A DNA stretch of 64,000 nt. Source: the human T2T-CHM13v2.0 reference genome, Homo sapiens. Shown here piece by piece: positions 55,192-64,000 of this stretch. The notes under the pieces were generated by a model. It was not told the DNA's origin. It saw only the letters and a list, made by a program, of their open reading frames with translations, and searched no databases. A program made the translations under genes and the position numbers. The number at the start of each line of letters is the position of its first letter. Position 1 is the stretch's first letter. The DNA is taken from NCBI RefSeq assembly GCF_009914755.1, contig NC_060925.1; one strand, given 5' to 3'.

Positions 55192-56635
55192 AGAAAAATA
55201 CACATATAGTATATACATGACTTTGCAGAATATAGGATATGTAGTTATTGAATAAATATAATTGAGTATTTTACCGACTTTATATTTAATTATTTTACAG
55301 AGCTAGATTAAGCACAGATCTGGGAGTTCTATGTATTCTAGTAGATCGGGTTAGTAATAACTCATTTTATGATCTTTTACAAATCTCTGTAATTGCTGTA
55401 AGCTTAGAGTCCTGATTTGCAAAGTACTTTAGAGTAAATGGTCTTTAGGCTCTATGTCAGTTCTAAAACTGTCAGTTCTTTCTGTGTATAAGTCTATTCG
55501 TAGTCTGATATGGGAAAAAAATTGAAAATTGGTAGAAGAGGGTTAAGACTTCTTGTAGGATTCAATATCATAGCATCTAGTGATAAAAATTGCCTTTGGA
55601 TACTGGAAAATGATATATTTGGATCTTTATGTAATGTTAATAGGGCCCTGAAATCATGAGAAAATGATATTCATGCTGTTAGGTCTGTATTGGACTGGGA
55701 ACTTGTGTAACAACAGATGTTCAGATGAGTTTCCTGGGGCAGAACTAGGAGGGAAATTGGCCTGTATTATAGGACTAGGCAAGCAAGGGATATCAACTGA
55801 GTAGGAATGAGAGTTTTAATCATAGAATCTGTTCAGCAAAGGATCAAGAGACTTCATTGAAGTATCCAGACCTGTGGGATTTATAGATAACATGGAGCAT
55901 AAATAGCAACAACAGGCAAGATCTTTGTAAAGCAGGGGCTTGATATATCTTGTCTGCCTAAGACAAAAATTGATCACACTTTGAAAGGTCTGAGTGTGGG
56001 AAGCAAATTGTCACACCTGGATGGAATAGAAAATTTAGAGGGTTGAAGCCAGCAAATTTTTTAAAAATTAGAAATGTCATTTCTGATTTTCATAGTCACA
56101 GATCTTTTCATAGTCATCTAGTTTTTTCCCCTATAGAGGTTTTCTCTTTATTGTTAAGGGCAGTGATTTCTCCCTGTTGGAATATTGGGTGACAGATTTA
56201 GTTGGGTGTACAGAGTTGCAGTTGTATTATTTCCTAGTTGATAAGCTTTGGGGAGCACAATCCATTTTCTAATATCTTGTTTTGCTGTCAGAAGTATTGA
56301 GATAAAGGGGAGGGGCTGTGGAGAGGGAGGAGAGAAAAGATGGGAGAATTGTTGCAGGCTTGTACATTACTCCTAGAGTAAGCTCTTTTTCTAGTGAGAG
56401 TGAGGGGAGATAGTGCTTGTGAGTATGGGATGGGTCTTACATATTTCTTAGGCAGGTTTCTTTATTACAGGATTGCTTCAGTCTTTAAAAATGTTATATC
56501 TATTAAACATCTTAGTATATTTGCATATTGTTTCTTAAATGTATTTGATCATAGAAAACTTTATGAAATCATTCAGAAAACAGTGGTCTAGAGTAGCTTG
56601 AGAATTTTAATACATTTTTCTTCCTTTTTATGTAG

Positions 56636-57798
56636 ATCCCATTCCTTCTGGTCTGATGGAAGAATGTGTGGATTGGGATGTGGAAGTTAAAGCTGCTGTG
56701 CATACATATGGTATAGCAAGTGTACCTAACCAACCCTTAAAAAAGCAAATTCAGAAAATAGAGAGAACCCTTCAAATTCAGAAAGCTCATGGTGACCACA
56801 TGGCTTCCTCTAGAAATAATTCTGTATCTGGACTATCAGTCAAATCAAAAAATAATACCAAACAAAAGCTTCCTGTGAAAAGCCACTCAGAATGTGGAAT
56901 CATAGAAAAAGCAACGTCACCAAAAGAACTGGGCTGTGACAGGCAATCCGAAGAGCAAATGAAGAATTCTGTTCAGACTCCCGTTGAAAACTCCACCAAC
57001 AGTCAGCACCAGGTCAAAGAAGCTTTACCTGTGTCACTCCCCCAGATTCCTTGTCTGTCTTCCTTTAAAATCCATCAGCCATACACGTTGACTTTTGCTG
57101 AATTGGTAGAGGATTATGAACATTATATTAAAGAGGGGTTAGAGAAACCTGTGGAAATCATCAGGCACTACACAGGCCCTGGGGATCAGACTGTGAATCC
57201 TCAAAATGGTTTTGTGAGAAATAAAGTTATTGAACAGAGAGTCCCTGTGTTGGCAAGTAGTAGCCAATCTGGAGACTCTGAGAGTGACAGTGATTCTTAC
57301 AGCTCAAGAACCTCTTCCCAGAGCAAAGGAAATAAGTCATACTTGGAAGGCTCTTCTGATAATCAGCTGAAAGACTCTGAATCTACGCCTGTGGATGATC
57401 GTATTTCTTTGGAACAACCACCAAATGGAAGTGACACCCCCAATCCAGAGAAATATCAAGAATCACCTGGAATCCAGATGAAGACAAGACTTAAAGAGGG
57501 GGCTAGCCAGAGAGCTAAGCAGAGCCGGAGAAACCTACCCAGGCGGTCTTCCTTCAGATTGCAGACTGAAGCCCAGGAAGATGATTGGTATGACTGTCAT
57601 AGGGAAATACGTCTGAGTTTTTCTGATACCTATCAGGATTATGAGGAGTACTGGAGAGCTTACTACAGGGCATGGCAAGAATATTATGCTGCCGCTTCTC
57701 ATTCATATTATTGGAATGCTCAGAGACATCCAAGTTGGATGGCAGCTTATCACATGAATACCATTTATCTACAAGAAATGATGCATAGTAACCAGTGA
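56636..57798 (+). CDS. DDX20: DDX20 exon 11 coding part (1163 nt), low-complexity C-terminal region
   Basis: tag| acceptor; open to TGA at 57796-57798. The exon sum of 2475 nt gives 824 aa, the recalled DDX20 length. Confidence 0.97.
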
Positions 57799-58135
57799 TT
57801 ATAGGATATACCTGAGACCATCAGGAACTGTCAACAAATGATACCTTTGGATATCCATCCTCCTCGACTTATAGTACAGTGGTGTATAGTGGCATTTCTG
57901 ATAAACTTGAAAAGACTTGAGTCTTTCCACTGGGACACATCCATTTTTCAGATTGTTTTGATTTAGGCCAGGTATATTATCTTCATTTTTAAGAGTTTCT
58001 TTAAGAAACTTCATCAGATTGTTGAAAGATAATTTTTGGGACATAGAGCTGAAAGTTTCAGGGTGCCATTTTCTATAAGATCTTCCCAAAAGAAACATTT
58101 AAAAAGATGACATATACCACCACTTACTTAAAAAC

Positions 58136-58141
58136 AATAAA
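58136..58141 (+). terminator. Candidate DDX20 polyadenylation signal (alternative ATTAAA at 58455)
   Basis: First AATAAA I noticed after the stop codon, with U/GU-rich sequence downstream. Confidence 0.55.
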
Positions 58142-60633
58142 AGCAATAGATTTGATTAGTAATATTATTGCTGTGGAGTTCTTTACAAAGGGCTTAGGCT
58201 GCATTTCCTTCTATAGAGGTGCATTCTTGTAGAAATTTGTAGCATGGTAGATCAGAAAATCCTCTTAGGTTTTAGGCAGGAAGGAATATTTAAACATTGC
58301 TTTAGATTTTCCTAAAGGTATTTGATTTGATCTGTTAGCTTCCAGTAAAAATATTTGTTTTTAGTAAAAACAAATTTAAATATATTTACATGTTTGTTGT
58401 TTATCTTTTGAATGTCTTTTGAGGCTGTGAAAGCTGTCCACATTTTTGCTGTGTATTAAATAGCTGTGGGTCATCAGTTGCTGTCTTACTTGTGTTGCTC
58501 AGATAGAGGAGCAGCTCTTAATCTTTTTTGGTTCTTGGATCCTTTTATGAATCAGCTGATAGCTATAGATTGACTTCAGGAAATTTCTCATTCCATAAGC
58601 ACAGAATTGTGAGTGTAATTTCAAGGGGTTCATAGACCCTCTGAAGTTCATCTATACAGTCCAGATTAACAAGTGACCTGCTCTGCTGGTAGGCTAGGGG
58701 AAGTTCTAGCTCTTAGTTTTAAGTATTTTGTGGAAGCTGGAATTGATTCTCTTCAGACACTTCTTAGTACATCCTAATTTTGTGTCTTCTAGAAAATTTT
58801 CCCCAGTTTTTACCTCTAATGTTAGGATCCAAGAGGAGCTTGGATCTGAGCTGATGCATCTGTAAATTACGATTTAGAAAAATATAATTGGAAATTACAT
58901 ATTCTTTGCTTTTTTCCTCTGGAAATCCTTTTATGATTAAGCTTTTGGTTCCCAAGCCTTTCTGTGAACTGGATTTTTTATGAGAGAACCACTTGTGTAG
59001 AGAGATGTGTATTCACTTTTTAAAAGGAAAGCTCTTCTTTCCTGTGTACATACTTGTCTAGGTAGTATAAACACTTTCCCCAGGGCTGTCAGCAAACACC
59101 CACAGCCATTGTCATTTATTGTCCAACACCTACATAACACAATTCTAAAATCCTACTTAACTTGGATTCCTGTCATTTGGATTGGGCAATATTAGGCTTT
59201 TCTTACATGTGTCAGTATGTGAATTAATTAATAATGTAGATAGCAAATCCATAATTAGGTCCAGTATGTCATTAAGAAGTAGAGATTTTAATTACACATT
59301 TAAATAAGATCCTGTCATTGATATATAATTGAATTTACTTTTTCCATCCTTTCCCCCACAATACAGCCAAGTTCAGTTTGTCATTGCTGGGGGATTTTAA
59401 TTAGGGTACTGCCTCATCTTAATTAGAGACGAGGTTACCCATTAGTCTTCAGAGTAATTGGATTCTCTATTTTGTGCTTGCTTTTTTTTCCCCACAAAAA
59501 TAAGCTGGAGGTAAGCATATGTATAACATACAAAAATACTAATTGCTTCAATTTCCATAAGCATTTACCAGGAAAATGGCAGCTGCCACCTTCTCAACTA
59601 ACAGGTAGCTATAGTTGTGGATGTGGAAGGGATCTTCCACATACTGCTATTTGTGTGTGACTCACCTTTGTGTGGAAAAAAATTTTTTTTTTGATTGTCA
59701 GTCTAGGTGCATCTTTCCATCATCTGTTAGGAACCATAGAGAGGTTTACAGTAGATTCACTTGAGAAGGCTCTGTGGTGGTGTGAAAAAGGTACTTGTCC
59801 TGGTTGATACTGCTACTACCTACTTTTTAACCTTGTACCAGTCATTTAACCTCTCATGGTCCAGTTTTCCCATCAATAAAATGAAAGTTGGACTAGAAGA
59901 TTTTTAGGATCCCTTCTAGTTCTATGATTATATGACATATGCTGAAGAAAAAATAGTTTCTAGTTCAGGAAAAGGATAATCAAATTTATAAATACAGAAA
60001 GCCTTTATAAATTCAAGTAATTTGGACGAAGGCTGATGTGAATTGGTTAAATGTCTGAATTTGTGAATACTTGTAAATCATTAACACTGCAACTATTCAC
60101 GTTAAGCTGTAACTTGAATTAGGCTAGCAATATTAACATGTAGCGAGATATTTGAGAAACCTGCTACTTTGAATAATTCTGACTTAGAATATGAATTATT
60201 TTGGATGACTAAAGGTAATATTTTCTAAAGTAGCTTAGGTATTACAGTAATACTTATTAACCTTTTAAAATGTGGTTTAAAGGCAAAGTTCAGCCCCTGA
60301 ATACTAAAAATAATTGAACATACAGTACTTGCGGATCACTCTGTATGAGACAAAGGGAGTAGTATGAAGTTTTATGTTTTTTTCCCCCTTAAATGAAATC
60401 TACATTAGTCTTTTAAAAATATGTATTTTTGATAACCCTAGCTGACAGAACTCCATCGCAAGGTTATTGACTTATTTTGGCAGAATGTGTTTATTATTTT
60501 GTACCTCTGTACACAAGCACGTATGTCTCACTTGACATTCAGTGCGTCTTAATGAAAAAGAACACAAATTGCTCAATGCATATCTGGTTTCCAGTTATTT
60601 CTACCCGAAGATTATTTGGTCTGTGGGTCTGCA

Positions 60634-60647
60634 GTGACACCTAGTGG
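60634..60647 (-). promoter_or_regulatory. CTCF-like motif (reverse) between convergent 3' ends
   Basis: CCACTAGGTGTCAC on -. Confidence 0.5.
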
Positions 60648-60894
60648 GTGATAAGGATGTGAGCATCAATGATTAAAATGAATTTCACAGCTAATTTCTA
60701 AGGTCTTTGGGCATCATGTATTTGTTTTAGTGTTCCATTTCTATTACTGTTTTCATCAATTGGATCTAGTTGTGGGGAAATTAAAAGGATTCTCCTCATT
60801 GCCAACGGTGAAACAGACTGCCGGTTGGTCTTATCACCTAAGTCAGAATTGTTAAGTTTGGAACAGATTTCCAAGATAACTAATCCAATCCCCA

Positions 60895-61030
60895 TTTTTT
60901 GTTGTTTGTTTTTTTAGAGATGAGGGTCTTATTATGTTCCCTAGGCTGGACTTGAACTCCTGGGCTCAAGGGATCCTCCTACCTTAGCCTCCCAAGTAAC
61001 TGGAACTACAGGCACATGCCACTATGCTCT
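60895..61030 (-). mobile_element. Alu monomer (FLAM-like)
   Basis: T-rich head followed by a single arm. Confidence 0.8.
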
Positions 61031-61564
61031 AATTCTCCATTTTTAACAGGAGGAAACTAACTGAAGCCAAGAGGGAGTTACTGATGGGAAGTCACAATTC
61101 AGTGCTAGAACCTAAACTTGAATCTCCACCATCTGATTCCCAAGCTTTCTACAATACCCCACAGAACATTTAATTCTGAGTTTTCTTTTTAATTTGAGAA
61201 CTTGGTACTCAGTAAAACCAGTACTGATACATAAAGTCAGATTTTCTTTCAATAATATGGGGTCAGTGTTCAAAATAGAGCCGTTGATAGATAAAATCGA
61301 ATGCTTTACCTGTTAGCGAACATCCACAAATACAGCATACAAGCAGGCAAGAACCATCAGCGATATCATAGAGGAGTTGTTTATGTTTACATTGAGGGAT
61401 GGAGTGGGAAGATTACTCTAGGCCTTTAATAACCCTTCTAAGATTCTGTGAGTTTTCTCTAGCAAGGTAGAAAGCCAATCTGTGTTCAAATTATTCTATT
61501 TTCTAGCATATACCAGCACCTTTGGGAGGAAAGGAGAATCAGTATTCAAAGAAACAGTCATTTT

Positions 61565-64000
61565 AGGGTTTGTGGCACATAATTTGTTTAATCCAGATTG
61601 GATACATCAGGTACAGCAGTGGCACACGACTCAATACTGTAAATGATATACATGTTTTAACATATGCACTACAGTTTCAAAAGAAGACGACAGGAAACTC
61701 AAGGGTGTTTTTTTTTTTTCATAGAAAGTTTTCATGTTTTATCTTCCTGCAGTTTTGTACAGTATATTTCTTCTTTGCCATTGTGATGTTGATAAGCAAA
61801 GCCCATTTATTATACGAAAATAGAAAAGAACACACTTGATGTATCTCACGATGACATTAATGGGGGGAAGGGTGTGACCTCTAAGGAAAACATTACATTG
61901 GAATGTCTGATTATCAAAAATATACCATCCCTCCCACCTCCCAGGTTTGTAAAATAGTCCATTGGTCCAAGGAGCCCCCCAGGACTTGGGTCAGTGCCGT
62001 ACACTGGTTAGAGTGACATCATCCAGTGTAGTTGAGTAACCTGCTAAGATAAATGTCATTCCCACACTTGAGAAAAAACACAGAACATTCTGAATAGAAA
62101 ACAAGACTTAAAAGGAACCCCTTTAAAGCTGTTTCATTTTCTGATAGCCACTTTCTCTTAGTTTTAATGATGCTCTTCATGGTGCTGTTTGGGCTCCGAG
62201 GGTCATGGGTCATAACAATGTTTTTCCTTCATCTAGTCATTTTAAAGCTTTGCAAATAATGAGATTTCATTAGGAAATCAGAAAGAGAAAATAAAAGTTT
62301 GTCATGGTTACCATGCCAAGTAGTGTAGAAAGGAAATGAATATTGCCTTAAGTTCACAGCATTGGGATATTTTTGCCTTATAGTTACCTGGTAATTGAAG
62401 TGGGAGACTGGAAAACTGGAATTCTTTAGTAACCTCGAAATCTAGTGTTAGCTCAATTTTCAACCACTTCCTCTGCAAAACTTAAGGAAAAACTCTTAAG
62501 TACATAATGTCCCAATGTACATTTTCCTTGTCTACAATCTAATAAGTGATATCCTGAACTGTAGGAATCATATTTTGAAAACTGGATAAAATCATCAGCA
62601 TATCCACAAGTTGACATTTTTGTTAATTATAGATCGGCATTAACTGTCAACTTTAAGTTCTGTTCAAATTCTGTGTGATTGTAAACTAATGTGTTCAACT
62701 GTCACTGAGAATATCTATTGGTCTTTTGAAAGGGAGTCTATGCAGTTAGTCCTGAGCTTGGCACTAGTTATGAAAATAGGAGATGAAGGAGAAATAGTAC
62801 AGAGTTTGTTTCCAGAGATCTTGGTTCACGGTGGTTCTGAATTGAATACTTCCCTCCCCCACGTCACCACCCTGGAAATCCAGGTATGAAAAATATAAGC
62901 AAGCCTCAGAGCAGTGCAATATAATGTGGAGGAAAAATCCTAGGACAAGATGTCTTAAGTCCTGGATTGCAATAATGGTTCTGCCACTAACTTGTCATGT
63001 GAACTTGGATAAGTCGTTCAGTTTCTTTCCACATGTTTTCCCCTCTCTGAATCAAGGATTTAGCTACTTTACCTACTACCATCACAGACTGTCATAAGAA
63101 CCACAAGGAGTATAAAAGGTATGCTTCAAAATGTCACTGTCCTAGTCTTCTCTTCATTGAGAAGAGAAAATATTTGACTAAAAAAAATTGACTCTTCACT
63201 TGTTCACTGATTTCTGACAAAATTGATAGTCCATAGATGTTTCTACCCAGAGAATGGTGGTTTCCAAAGTATGGTTTGTATTGGTACAGTCAGGTGATTT
63301 CCAAGGGCTGTGTCCAAGTAGTATTGACATATACGTATTGACATATAAGACTATGTCTCCAATTACAGTATGGATTCTTTGATGGATCTTCTCCAAAGCA
63401 TCACTGCTCTCAGAGGCAGTGGGTGTGGTAGAAAATGCATTAGACTAATAGCCAAAAGACTCGTGTTCTGGTCTCAGATCTGTCATTAAATAACTGCATG
63501 ACCTTGAACAAGTCATTTAATTTCTCTGGGTCTCAGTTTTCTATACTGTAAAATGAATTAGATATTCTTAAATCTTTTCTAGTTCTGATATGCTCTTAAT
63601 ACTACATTTTCTAGGTTCACATTCATTTGACATTTGAATGTAACTGTTAGGTTGGTTGGTTGGTTTGTTTTTCCCTCCCCCTCTTAATGCTGAGTGGGAC
63701 TGAATGGAATAGGTGGTTTTGGGAATATTTTATTATGTCAAAGTGGTTCATGAACTATGAAAGCTCAAGGGTCATGGCTATTGGCCCCCAGAAAATCCTG
63801 ATATCCTGGTTTTTCAGTCACTGGCCAATGAGTTAGACTTATGAAACCAATTCAGCATACTTTGGACCTTGTGTTTTCTTACAGTACCCTTTAGCAGTGT
63901 CATCTGGCTGTGTTCTGTAGTGTAGATGAGCCATTTTCCAAACGTTGACATTTTTTGGACCAGAAGTGAGCTGGATCTTTTCTCTGGCTAAGGCTACAGT
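61565..64000 (-). other. KCND3: Probable distal 3'UTR of KCND3, entering from the right
   Basis: ATTAAA on - at 61587-61592 ends an AT-rich, largely unique stretch. There is no coding sequence in the window, so the identity rests only on recalled gene order. Confidence 0.55.

Noticed and set aside
56087-56117. Short direct repeat ttttcatagtca x2 (also gtataact x2 at ~3061)
   Set aside because: Small local duplications in AT-rich intron with no further structure.
57220-57225. AATAAA inside the DDX20 exon 11 CDS
   Set aside because: Explained by Arg-Asn-Lys codons; no independent support for cleavage.

Overview
Primate, almost certainly human, genomic DNA. I recognise it as the chr1p13.2 RAP1A-INKA2(FAM212B)-DDX20-KCND3 neighbourhood; gene names come from recalled protein sequences and gene order, not from a database search. 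Left to right: (1) the last coding exon of RAP1A (+, ending KKKSCLLL*), then a 3'UTR intron and a ~4.3 kb terminal exon; (2) INKA2 (-), a PAK4 inhibitor, with a 19-codon exon 1 in a CpG island at ~30.1 kb spliced in phase 0 to a 278-codon exon, giving 297 aa, plus a ~4.9 kb 3'UTR. A second 4-codon first exon (MRQL) sits at 46.6 kb, head-to-head with DDX20; (3) a probable + strand lncRNA (INKA2-AS1-like, ~30.7-38.7 kb); (4) the complete 11-exon DDX20/Gemin3 gene (+), whose GT-AG exons sum to 2475 nt (824 aa); (5) probably the distal 3'UTR of KCND3 (-). The rest is Alu, L1, L2, MIR, MaLR, DNA-transposon relics and microsatellites. Almost all ORFs in the supplied track are spurious. I see no foreign insert and no wholly new genetic system. 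The best hypotheses are: a FUBP/PSI-type YxxAWxEYY motif in the DDX20 tail; a LURAP/FAM89-like N-terminal helix in INKA2 that the alternative first exon truncates; an ATGA-overlapping uORF on INKA2; a recursive-splice-like DDX20 exon 10; and an Alu poison-exon/circRNA architecture in DDX20.
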